Below are positions 10,993 to 19,546 of a DNA stretch of 64,000 nucleotides, one piece after another. The DNA comes from Vulcanimicrobiota bacterium (lineage in GTDB: Bacteria; Vulcanimicrobiota; Vulcanimicrobiia; Vulcanimicrobiales; Vulcanimicrobiaceae). The notes under the pieces were generated by a model, which was not told the DNA's origin, made no database searches, and was given only the letters and a program-made list of their open reading frames with translations. Both the position numbers and the translations under genes were made by a program. Within the stretch, counting starts at the first letter, position 1. Each line of letters opens with the position of its first letter. The stretch is from NCBI GenBank assembly GCA_963777315.1, contig CAVZQC010000006.1, forward strand, positions 82,555 to 146,554, in the 5' to 3' direction.

Positions 10993-11870
10993 GTCCGGCC
11001 GCGTTCGGCCGATTTTGCCCGTAGGTACGCCGCTAAGCCCTCGCGCCAGCCGGGCATCGACATCCCCAGAGCGTGCAGCCGCGCGTTGCGCAGCGCCGAG
11101 TACGCCGGCCGGCGCACGGACGATTGCCAGTCTCGGTGCGAGATCGGTTCGATCGTTCGTTCGATCCCGGCAATCCGCAGCGCTTCGCTCGCGTACTCGT
11201 GCCAGGTGACCGCGCCTTCGTTGACCATGTGATACACCCCGCACGGCGCATCCGCGTCGAGCAGCGCGAGCAGCCCCTGCGCCAAGTCTGCGGCGTACGT
11301 GGGCGAAACGGTTTGATCGGCGACCACGCGCAGCGGTTCTCCGGCCCGCGCCTGCGATACGATCCGATCGAGGAACGTATAGCCTTTGCTGCTGCTGGGC
11401 CGCAGTCCGTACACGCCGCACGTGCGCACGACATAGCAGCGTGAGGCGAGCCGCAGCGCGAGCAGTTCGCCGGCATATTTCGAAGCGCCGTACACGTTGA
11501 TCGGATTGGGCCGCGCGCGCTCGTCGTACGGCCGGCCGAGCATTCCGTCGAAAACGTAATCCGTGCTGATGGTGATGAAGGCGGCGTTTCGCTGCGCGCA
11601 CAATTCGGCAAGCGCATTCACCGCCAGCGTGTTGGCCGCAAACGCCTTTTCGGGTTCGGATTCGCAGCGTTCGACGTGGTGAAAGGCCGCGCAGTTCACC
11701 ACGGCCTGCGGAGCGTACCGATCGAAGGCCGGCGTTAGCGCCGCCCGGTCCGCGACGTCCACCTCCGAGCGCGCCGGCGCGGCGATTTCGCAAGCGGTCC
11801 ACAACCGGCGAATCTCCGTGCCCAGCTGGCCGGAGCCGCCCAGCAGCAGGACGCGGCGCGGGGAAGGCAC
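10896..11870 (-). CDS. rfbD: dTDP-4-dehydrorhamnose reductase
   Basis: GGSGQLG, ISTDYVFDG, YGASK, DQTVSPT and RRPAYSAL. Start is approximate. Confidence 0.9.
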   Translation of the reverse strand: MPSPRRVLLLGGSGQLGTEIRRLWTACEIAAPARSEVDVADRAALTPAFDRYAPQAVVNCAAFHHVERCESEPEKAFAANTLAVNALAELCAQRNAAFITISTDYVFDGMLGRPYDERARPNPINVYGASKYAGELLALRLASRCYVVRTCGVYGLRPSSSKGYTFLDRIVSQARAGEPLRVVADQTVSPTYAADLAQGLLALLDADAPCGVYHMVNEGAVTWHEYASEALRIAGIERTIEPISHRDWQSSVRRPAYSALRNARLHALGMSMPGWREGLAAYLRAKSAERGRTHNVSSGMAKTIGPSATNSVPPSMTGDETENG

Positions 11871-11929
11871 GGCGTAACAAATGCGCCCGCGAACGGTAGA
11901 AGCCTCCAAGAACCCGAATTGACAGGAGT

Positions 11930-12562
11930 ATGGCGATCGGAGAGCAGAGCGACGAGGCTCTGGTGCGTCGGGTCCGTAACGGCGAGCGCGAGCTCTTCTC
12001 GGTTCTGGTCGACCGGTACAAACGTGGGATTGCAAGTTTCATCAGCGCCGGCGTGCGCAGCCCGTCGGACGTGGCCGACCTCTCGCAGGAGACATTTCTG
12101 CGCGTCTACGCGCACCTGGACACCTTCAATCCCGCGCTCGGCAAATTCTCGACGTGGATCTATCAAATTGCGCGAAACGTGGTGCGCACGCACTTGGGCA
12201 AGTCCCAGCGACGCGTTGCGGTTGCGGAACTTCCCGAAGATCGCACGCTCGAAAACGCCTTGCCCGACGATTCGGGCGAGAGCGATCCCGCCGGCGGCGT
12301 GTTGCGCCAAGAAGCCGAGCGCGAGCTGCGCGAAGCGCTGGCCATGCTGCCCGAACGCACGCGGACGGTTCTAGCGTTGCGCTACTACAACAACATGGAG
12401 TACCACACCATAGCCAGCACGCTGGGCCTATCGCTGGGAAACGTGAAAACGCTCATTCACCGCGGCAAGATCGCGCTCGCGCAAAAGATGCGCGAGCGTG
12501 AAGCGCACGCCATGCAAAGCGTCGCCCCGAAGGGAGGCACCCGTGCGCTGCTCGTCCTGTAA
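11930..12562 (+). CDS. ECF sigma-70 factor (SigW-like)
   Basis: DLSQETFLRVY, FSTWIYQIARN and GNVKTLIHRG; AGGAG RBS. Confidence 0.93.
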   Translation: MAIGEQSDEALVRRVRNGERELFSVLVDRYKRGIASFISAGVRSPSDVADLSQETFLRVYAHLDTFNPALGKFSTWIYQIARNVVRTHLGKSQRRVAVAELPEDRTLENALPDDSGESDPAGGVLRQEAERELREALAMLPERTRTVLALRYYNNMEYHTIASTLGLSLGNVKTLIHRGKIALAQKMREREAHAMQSVAPKGGTRALLVL

Positions 12563-13103
12563 GCCTTTGCTCGAGCGTTACGTGGCGGGCAGGCTCACGC
12601 CGCGCGGAATGGCCCGGATAAGCGCGCACGTGCGCGAGTGCGCCGAGTGCAGCGCGCTGCTCGATGAAATCAAGGTCGTCGAGGGTTTACTGTTCACCGC
12701 TCCGGCGCCCGATTTGCCGCAGAACTTCACGTTCGCCGTCATGGCCGAAGTGCAGACGCTTCCGGCGCCGCGGGCGCGCCAGCATCCGCTCTGGAGCTTT
12801 CTGGTGCTGTATCCGGCCGCAGCTTGGGCGGCGATCGTCGTCGCCATGGCGCTCACGCGAACCTCGCCGAACGCCGTTGCCGGCATGCTTGCCGGCAGTT
12901 TGTCGCGCGCAGGCGCGGCATCCGGTGCTTTTGCGGCAAATATTTCGCACGGTCTTTCGACCACGATGCCTTCGCTGGCGGCATTCGGCGCAGGCGTTCT
13001 CCTCATCGACGCCGTCGTCGCGTGCGCGTTTGCGCTGCTCTACGTCGTCGTGCGGCCGCGTCTTGCGGCACATCTTGCGCCATCCCGGGAGGCCGTTCAA
13101 TGA
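12543..13103 (+). CDS. Zinc-binding (ZAS) membrane anti-sigma factor
   Basis: HVRECAEC (HxxxCxxC) plus two TM segments; directly downstream of the ECF sigma. Confidence 0.88.
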   Translation: MRCSSCKPLLERYVAGRLTPRGMARISAHVRECAECSALLDEIKVVEGLLFTAPAPDLPQNFTFAVMAEVQTLPAPRARQHPLWSFLVLYPAAAWAAIVVAMALTRTSPNAVAGMLAGSLSRAGAASGAFAANISHGLSTTMPSLAAFGAGVLLIDAVVACAFALLYVVVRPRLAAHLAPSREAVQ

Positions 13104-13954
13104 AAAATCGTCGCTACGCGCTGGTCGTTGCCGCGTTCGCCATCGCGCTGGCCGCGACGCTGGCACCGGCGTCCGCTCACACGCAGTCGATAACGCACGG
13201 CGGCCTCTATTTCGGCGACGTCGTCGTCGGGCCCGATCAAGTCGTCGACGGCGACATCACCGTCGTTTTGGGCGATGCCGACATCCAAGGACGCGTGAAC
13301 GGCAACGTCACCGCTTACGGCGGCGACGTGAAGTCCGAGCCCGGTTCGGAGATTACGGGACAGGAATATCCGTACCGCAGCAGTCTGATGTCGTGGGTGC
13401 CGTGGCTGCCCGGCAGCTCGACGATCGCGCGCGAAAACGAACGTCTGATGGTGCGGCTGACGTACAGCGTCATCGTCGTTTTAGCGTTTCTCATTTTTCC
13501 GGTTCGCGTGCGCACCGCGCTCGATCGCGTCGAACATCACCCCGGTCTTTCGGCCGCAGTGGGCGTGCTCGCGCTGGTCGCAGTCGTTCCGATTGCCATT
13601 TTGCTGCTGATCAGCCTGATAGGCTGGCCGCTCATCCCGGTGGAGATGATCGCGCTCTTTGCCGGCATCTTGATCGGTCAGGCGGCATTGGCGCTGCTCG
13701 TGGGGCGCCGGCTGTACGAGCTGATCCGCCCGCACGGCACTCCTTCGCCGCTCGGCGCGCTGATTTTGGGTTTGGTCGTCATCAGCGCGGCGGAGATTCT
13801 GCCCATCGTCGGCGGTTTGGTCACCGGTTTGGTGTGCTTGGTGGGACTGGGCGCCGCGATTCTGGCGTTCATTCGGGAAACGACCTTCATGAGTCCGGGC
13901 GCATCACCGCGTCCGCGTCCGCCGATCAGCGGACCTCCGATGTCGGCAGCATAG
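13100..13954 (+). CDS. Exported bactofilin-like beta-helix domain fused to a multi-TM domain
   Basis: Signal peptide, GDVVV..DGDITVVLGDADIQGRVNGNVTAYGGDV, then 4-5 TM helices. Confidence 0.7.
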   Translation: MKNRRYALVVAAFAIALAATLAPASAHTQSITHGGLYFGDVVVGPDQVVDGDITVVLGDADIQGRVNGNVTAYGGDVKSEPGSEITGQEYPYRSSLMSWVPWLPGSSTIARENERLMVRLTYSVIVVLAFLIFPVRVRTALDRVEHHPGLSAAVGVLALVAVVPIAILLLISLIGWPLIPVEMIALFAGILIGQAALALLVGRRLYELIRPHGTPSPLGALILGLVVISAAEILPIVGGLVTGLVCLVGLGAAILAFIRETTFMSPGASPRPRPPISGPPMSAA

Positions 13955-13961
13955 CTCGCCG

Positions 13962-14381
13962 CTACGCGCTGCCCCACGCCAAACCCAGTGCGGCCGCCGC
14001 GCGGGCAAGGTTCGCGTCTCTGGTCATGAGCGGGAGCTTTCGACGAACGGCAAGTTCCAAGTAGGCCGCGTCGTACGCCGACAACGAAAACCGGGCAGCG
14101 AGATCCAGACCCGTTGCCATCGGCGAACCGGCGATGAAACGATCGACTTCACAATCGAGCTCGTCTAGCGCCTGCAGCGCGGCGGCAACCTGGTCGTTCG
14201 AGAGCCGCTCGCTCCGCTCGGCCATCAGCAGCACGTTCTGGATTTCCCAGCGAAACAACGCGGGCACGACGGCGCCTTGCGCAGCAACGGCCCGCGCCAT
14301 GGTCAATGATGCTTCGTCGCGTTCGTCGGCGAAAAGCCATGAAATGGCCGCCGACGCATCCAGAACGCCGGCAGGCTTAAT
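13962..14381 (-). CDS. VapC-family PIN toxin (putative ATT start)
   Basis: VLDASAAISWLF...RWEIQN...AYDAAYLELA...LMTRD. Paralog of 2806-3207. Confidence 0.88.
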   Translation of the reverse strand: MKPAGVLDASAAISWLFADERDEASLTMARAVAAQGAVVPALFRWEIQNVLLMAERSERLSNDQVAAALQALDELDCEVDRFIAGSPMATGLDLAARFSLSAYDAAYLELAVRRKLPLMTRDANLARAAAALGLAWGSA

Positions 14382-14616
14382 AGCGCCGGCCTTCGTCGAT
14401 CAGCTCGCGGATCGTTAGCGGTGCCAGCGTCGCTTGGTTCGATAGAATGCGCTTCATGGCATCGGTTGCGCGCTTGCGTGAGGACGTCCGAGCGACGGGG
14501 CCGATCTGGGCAACGGGTTCCCCGTTTTTCGTGACGATAATGGTCTGCCCGTTTTTGGCTTCTTCGATGAGCGCCGAGAAGTGCGTCTTGCCTTCGAAAA
14601 CGCCGACTTTCTTCAT
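14377..14616 (-). CDS. Phd/YefM-family antitoxin
   Basis: VGVFEGKTHFSALIEEAKNGQTIIVTKNGEPVAQI. Confidence 0.92.
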   Translation of the reverse strand: MKKVGVFEGKTHFSALIEEAKNGQTIIVTKNGEPVAQIGPVARTSSRKRATDAMKRILSNQATLAPLTIRELIDEGRRY

Positions 14617-14637
14617 ACCGGGATGGTATCACGATTA

Positions 14638-14655
14638 CGACTAGTTGACTAGCTC
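14638..14655 (-). promoter_or_regulatory. Putative TA operator (ACTAGT tg ACTAGC)
   Basis: Tandem ACTAG motif about 25 nt upstream of the antitoxin start. Confidence 0.5.
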
Positions 14656-14735
14656 TGTGTCGGTCCCGGGGACGGGCGAGTGCGGGGACCTTTCGTACCA
14701 ACATGGGCAAGCGTTTTCAGGGAATACGGCACAGT

Positions 14736-15941
14736 ATGGCTACCACTGCGCGGACCGCCCGCTTTGCGGTGCGTACCGGACGCATGCGCGCTTCGACGAT
14801 TCGCGAGATGCTCAAGGTCACGCAGCAGGCCGACGTCATCTCGTTCGGCGGCGGGTTGCCCGCGCCGGAGCTGTTTCCCACCGAAGAAATAGCCGACTGC
14901 ACGCGCGAGGTCATGCGCGAGGTCGGTCCGCAAGCGCTGCAGTACAGCGTCACCGACGGCATCCCGGAACTGCGCGCGTGGGTGGCAGAACGGCTGACCC
15001 GGCGAATGGACGCGCCCTACGACCCGGCGGAAACGCTGATCGTCAACGGATCGCAGCAAGGGCTGGACTTGCTCGCGAAGATCTTCATCGATCCCGGCGA
15101 TCACATCGTGCTGGAGAATCCGTCGTACCTGGGCGCAATTCAGGCCTTCGACGCATATCAGTCGCGCTATTTGGTTGCGGACACCGACGACGACGGCATG
15201 ATCCCCGAATCGCTCGAACACGTGCTTGCGCACGCGCAGCCGCTTCCGAAATTCGTTTACGTCGTTCCGAATTTTCAGAATCCCACCGGCAGAACGCTCA
15301 GCGGCGAGCGCCGCGAGCGGATCGTGCGCATCTGCGAGCATTTCGGCGTGCCGATTGTCGAGGACGATCCATACGGTGAACTGCGCTTTGCCGGGGAGCA
15401 TCTACCCTCGCTGGCCTCGTTCGACAGCTCCGCGACGATCGTGTACAGCGGAACGGGAAGCAAAATCATGGCGCCGGGCATGCGCATAGCGTGGCTTGCC
15501 ACGCACGACCGCGAGGTACGCGAGAAACTCGTGCTGGCCAAACAAGGCGCCGACCTGCAAAGCGGAACGCTTGCGCAGTACGTGTTCACCGCTTACGTTT
15601 CCAAACGCGAAGCGTTCGAGCGGCATCTCGCTACGATCGTGCAGGTCTACGGCGACCGGCGCGACGTGATGCACGACGCGATGCGCGAATTCATGCCCGC
15701 GAACGTTTCGTACAATCACCCGCAGGGCGGTATGTTCATGTGGGCTCAGGTCCGTGGAGTCGACACGGTCGCACTGCTGGCGGCAGCGGCTGCATTGAAA
15801 GTGGCGTTCGTACCCGGCTTGTCGTTCTATCCACAGCGCGACGTGACCGACGGGATGCGTTTGAACTTTTCTCATTCGTCGCCAGAGAAAATCCGCATCG
15901 GCATCGAACGGTTGGCTCAAGCGGTTCGGTCGATGCCGTAA
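14736..15941 (+). CDS. PLP-dependent class I/II aminotransferase (LysN/2-aminoadipate transaminase-like)
   Basis: ISFGGGLP, NGSQQGLDL, PNFQNPTG, EDDPYGEL and SKIMAPGMRI. Confidence 0.9.
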   Translation: MATTARTARFAVRTGRMRASTIREMLKVTQQADVISFGGGLPAPELFPTEEIADCTREVMREVGPQALQYSVTDGIPELRAWVAERLTRRMDAPYDPAETLIVNGSQQGLDLLAKIFIDPGDHIVLENPSYLGAIQAFDAYQSRYLVADTDDDGMIPESLEHVLAHAQPLPKFVYVVPNFQNPTGRTLSGERRERIVRICEHFGVPIVEDDPYGELRFAGEHLPSLASFDSSATIVYSGTGSKIMAPGMRIAWLATHDREVREKLVLAKQGADLQSGTLAQYVFTAYVSKREAFERHLATIVQVYGDRRDVMHDAMREFMPANVSYNHPQGGMFMWAQVRGVDTVALLAAAAALKVAFVPGLSFYPQRDVTDGMRLNFSHSSPEKIRIGIERLAQAVRSMP

Positions 15942-15959
15942 CTGCGGAGGCAATCGCTC

Positions 15960-16421
15960 ATGGCTGAATATCTGGTAACCGGGATAGCCCAGACATCCGA
16001 CCCCGCCGCGCTCGAGTCCATCGTCGAAAAATGCAACTGCAGCAAAGAGCGCATCTCGATCATCACCAAAGCGAACTTGCCGGCGAACGCGCACGATCAC
16101 GGGCGCGGCGGAGCGTCGCTTTCGTCGGGCAGTATGATCATGACGGGCGCGGGGGGAACGTCCGTGCCCGGCATGGGCGGTAGGAACACGTCCCTGTCGT
16201 CACTCGTGGGCCATGGCTCGGGGCTGGACTATCTTGGCGGGTTGCCGCTCATTCCGGCCGACCAGGCGCAAAACTACAACATCGCGATCGCCGAAGGACG
16301 CAGCCTGGTCACGTACAAAGCCACCGCCGAGGACGCGCAGACCGTCGAAGCCGCATTTCGCGCAGCGGGCCTGCGCCGCGTGCGGACCTTCAGGTCCGAC
16401 ACGGCACCCTTGTCACCCTGA
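15960..16421 (+). CDS. Hypothetical protein, general-stress (YflT-like) architecture; paralog A
   Basis: GGAGG RBS; similar to the next ORF; IPADQAQNYNIAIAEGRSLV segment. Confidence 0.7.
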   Translation: MAEYLVTGIAQTSDPAALESIVEKCNCSKERISIITKANLPANAHDHGRGGASLSSGSMIMTGAGGTSVPGMGGRNTSLSSLVGHGSGLDYLGGLPLIPADQAQNYNIAIAEGRSLVTYKATAEDAQTVEAAFRAAGLRRVRTFRSDTAPLSP

Positions 16422-16434
16422 GCCTGTCGAAGGG
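16411..16434 (+). repeat. REP-like element TGTCACCCTGAGCCTGTCGAAGGG
   Basis: Resembles a widespread short intergenic repeat family, recognised from memory. Only one copy in this window. Confidence 0.55.
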
Positions 16435-16451
16435 TCGAAGGAGCAACGATC

Positions 16452-16934
16452 TTGGCCGAGCATCTGGTCACCGGAATTTCGCAGACGTCCGATCCCGCGC
16501 ATCTGGAAGATACGCTGTGCAGCAAAGAGTCGGTGGACTGCGACAAGCTTGCCGTCATCACGAAGGATTCGCCGACCGAAGACCACGAGGAGTCGGTCCT
16601 CAACTACATGCACGTCGGTCAGCAGCACACGACGAGCGATCTGGACCACGACGTCATCGCCGGCGGAACCTCGATTCTGACGAACATCAGCGAACCGCAA
16701 GTGCCGAATATCAGTTCGGACAATCGCTACATCGGTTTCTTTGCCGAGCCGCACATCATCGATCACCTTTCACAGTACGCGATTCCGCAGGACCAAGTGC
16801 AGAACTACAACGAAGCGATCGACGCGGGCCGAAGCGTCGTGGTGTACAAAGCGCAGCCGGCCGAAGCATCCGACGTCGCGCAGACGTTCAAGGAAGCCGG
16901 CTTAAAGAACGTTCAGACGTTCCAAGGAAAGTGA
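16452..16934 (+). CDS. Hypothetical protein, paralog B
   Basis: AAGGAG RBS and TTG start; MAEHLVTGISQTSDPA versus MAEYLVTGIAQTSDPA in paralog A. Confidence 0.72.
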   Translation: MAEHLVTGISQTSDPAHLEDTLCSKESVDCDKLAVITKDSPTEDHEESVLNYMHVGQQHTTSDLDHDVIAGGTSILTNISEPQVPNISSDNRYIGFFAEPHIIDHLSQYAIPQDQVQNYNEAIDAGRSVVVYKAQPAEASDVAQTFKEAGLKNVQTFQGK

Positions 16935-16955
16935 ACCCCGAACCGGCCCACTCGT

Positions 16956-17487
16956 TCAGCCGTTAAAGAGTGCAGCGGTTTCCAGTTCGAAACCATCCAA
17001 TTCCGGGTGCAAGCTCACCACGGCAATCTCGCGCGCGAGAATGGGGTCTTTCCCAGGACGAAAAATCTCCAGCGTGAGCTCGTACGGATCTACCAGCACG
17101 CCCAGGGCCGCGCCGTTCGCCAGATAGGCGGACATCTTTGCTCGCAGGTGTTTGAGCGCATCGGTCTTGGATCGTACCTCGAAGACGACGTCGGGGCATT
17201 TCCCACCGGCCGGCTCTCACCCACGATGCGTCCGGAGAGAGCACCGAACCGTCGGGCAACTTGAATCCGGTCGAGGAGTCGAACACTTTGCCCGAACCGC
17301 GCTTTTTGCTCCATTCGCGCAGCTGCCCAAAAACTTCACCGCTGCAGTAGCCGCTCTTCCCCGTCGTGGGCGTCACTATGAGGTCTCCTTTAGCACTGCG
17401 TTCGAACTGATAGCCGGGAAAACGCGCCGAGTACGCCAGCAGCTCGTCGTCGGCAATCGCGGTCGTGGGCGAGAAGACGGTCGCCAT
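16956..17487 (-). pseudogene. Uma2-family (PD-(D/E)XK) endonuclease with internal deletion and frameshift near 17197
   Basis: FDSSTGFKLPDGSVLSPDASWV in one frame; CPDVVFEVRSKTD..KMSAYLANGAALGVLVDP in another. About 10 residues appear to be missing at the junction. Confidence 0.8.
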
Positions 17488-17587
17488 GGAAAGTGCTCCT
17501 TGCTCGCGAGGGTGAGGAAATCTTGCGAGCCGGCCGAAGTGCCGAGCGCAGGAACTTTCCGGAATTAACCCCGACCCTCATCGATAT

Positions 17588-19546
17588 ATGCGAAACTTCA
17601 TCGGTCACCGGCGTTCCGCCGTCGTCGTTCTGCTGGCTGCCGCGATCTGCGGATCGGCGATCTCACGCCTGCAGGCCCGGGACGCGCAGCGCGCCGGAAA
17701 CACTCAAGCTCGCACGGTTTTGAGCCGGCGACTGCAAGACTTCTCGGTGAGAAGCAACGGCGGCGCAGCCTCATTAGATACGCGCGATCTGGCCGATGCT
17801 GCGTATCTCACGCTGCTTCAAGACGGCGATTCGGGAACGGCAGAGCGCTATATGCGCCGCCTGTTCGATGCGCAAGACATGAACGCGCAGAGCCGCAGCT
17901 ACGGCGCCGTCCGGTGGCGGACCGGCGATACAGCGATTTCCGACCAGAACGCGGTGGAATTCGCCGCTCAGGCACTTGGGCCGGTGCTTCTACGATACGG
18001 CGGCAAATTTTCACCGGACTTCGATCGAATCGCCGCTGGCCATGCCGCCGCGGCCATTGGCGCGATCGAGCGGCACGACGTACCGGTCGCGTACACCAAC
18101 ATCTACCTCATGAAGTGCGTGAATCTGCTGCTCTTAGGTCAATACGTGCGCGAATCAAACGTCGTCGCGCAGGCGCGCGATCTGCTGAGCGTATGGACGC
18201 AGTACACGCGCCGGAACGGCATCGCTGAATTCGACAGCCCGACGTATTATGCAACGGACTTGGATTCTCTGGTCAGCGGTTATCGCTACGCGGAAAGCGC
18301 AAGCGATCGCCAAACCTTCGCCGCGATCCTGCGCTACTTTTGGAGCGATATCGCCGCCAACTATTTTGCCGGCGGGCATCGCATTTCGGGCCCCTACAGC
18401 CGCGACTACGATTTCGTGAGCGGCCTTGGCGATCTCAACGCCTGGATCGCTTCGACCGGGTGGGACGCCACGCAAACATTCGAGGGAATAAAGAACCTGC
18501 AAGGAGCGTTTCTCTACGACAACCTGCAGCCCGGCGGCTATCGCGTCCCGGCCGGCCTGCGCAAGCTCGCGTTCACCACGCCGCGCACGGTCGTATCGAC
18601 ATGGGATACGGTGCCGACGCACATCCGGTGGAATTGGATCCAGCGCCGCATCTCGATGGGTTGCGCCAATGGTTCGTACGGACCGCAGGACAAAATGTTC
18701 AATACGACCTTCGCCGGCCCGGCGACGTTCCCTCAGATCAGCGTCGTGGTCAGCACGGACGACGCGCCCTATGGGCTAGGTACCGAACTCACGAAATCCG
18801 AGCACGTTTCGCCGCAGATAGGCTGCGCGGCAACACCCGGCGCCTCGCTGGTCACGCTGAATCTTGCGCCGTATGCCGCGTCCGAATCGACGGGCGGTCT
18901 GAGCACCAATATCATGTTGCCGCTGCATGCGGACGTCGCCCTCGACGGGACGCCGGTACATCCCGGCCTGCAGGCCATTCCGGTGCGCATGAACGACGTG
19001 ATCTCGGTCGCTGCCGGCGGCGCGAGCTTGGCCTTGCGGATCGTTCACGTAGACGCAGTGGATAATGCCGCGCCGCAAATGCAAATCATGACGGACCGCA
19101 CCGGTACGAACCGTGGTGTTGCATGGCTTCGCATCTTGCATCTGCAACCCGGAGAACGCACTGCACAGGCGAACCTCAAAGTTGCGTTGCTGTTCATAGC
19201 GCGCGACGATGATGCGGTTGCATCAGCCGTATCGCAAGCTCGGCAGGCGGCGATCGACGACGATCAACGCGCGGGGCTGTGGACGATCGCAGCGAGGATG
19301 CCGCGCGCAACGCTCAGCGTCGAACGCTCGGCGACGAGCCGCGGCCGGCTCATCAGTTTGCTAGCCGACGGACAGACGTTGCCGCGCGCGCCGCTCGCGA
19401 TCGACGGTCAGCCGCTATACCTTGCAGAAGGTCGGCGGCCGATGAAAACGATATCGCTGTCCGGCGCGCAGCTCCAAGATGCTTTGGCGGCTCAGCGCGG
19501 TATGCGCAGCGGTCTGGGACGTCGACGGCAAGCCGAACGCATATAG
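17588..19546 (+). CDS. Secreted 652-aa hypothetical protein, possibly heparinase II/III-like carbohydrate-active
   Basis: Signal peptide; helical N-half with YTNIYLMK, EFDSPTYY and SGPYSRDY; beta-rich C-half. Confidence 0.55.
   Translation: MRNFIGHRRSAVVVLLAAAICGSAISRLQARDAQRAGNTQARTVLSRRLQDFSVRSNGGAASLDTRDLADAAYLTLLQDGDSGTAERYMRRLFDAQDMNAQSRSYGAVRWRTGDTAISDQNAVEFAAQALGPVLLRYGGKFSPDFDRIAAGHAAAAIGAIERHDVPVAYTNIYLMKCVNLLLLGQYVRESNVVAQARDLLSVWTQYTRRNGIAEFDSPTYYATDLDSLVSGYRYAESASDRQTFAAILRYFWSDIAANYFAGGHRISGPYSRDYDFVSGLGDLNAWIASTGWDATQTFEGIKNLQGAFLYDNLQPGGYRVPAGLRKLAFTTPRTVVSTWDTVPTHIRWNWIQRRISMGCANGSYGPQDKMFNTTFAGPATFPQISVVVSTDDAPYGLGTELTKSEHVSPQIGCAATPGASLVTLNLAPYAASESTGGLSTNIMLPLHADVALDGTPVHPGLQAIPVRMNDVISVAAGGASLALRIVHVDAVDNAAPQMQIMTDRTGTNRGVAWLRILHLQPGERTAQANLKVALLFIARDDDAVASAVSQARQAAIDDDQRAGLWTIAARMPRATLSVERSATSRGRLISLLADGQTLPRAPLAIDGQPLYLAEGRRPMKTISLSGAQLQDALAAQRGMRSGLGRRRQAERI

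Noticed and set aside
17551..17582. GGAACTT as an ECF -35 element upstream of the 652-aa gene
   Set aside because: No convincing -10 element at the expected spacing.
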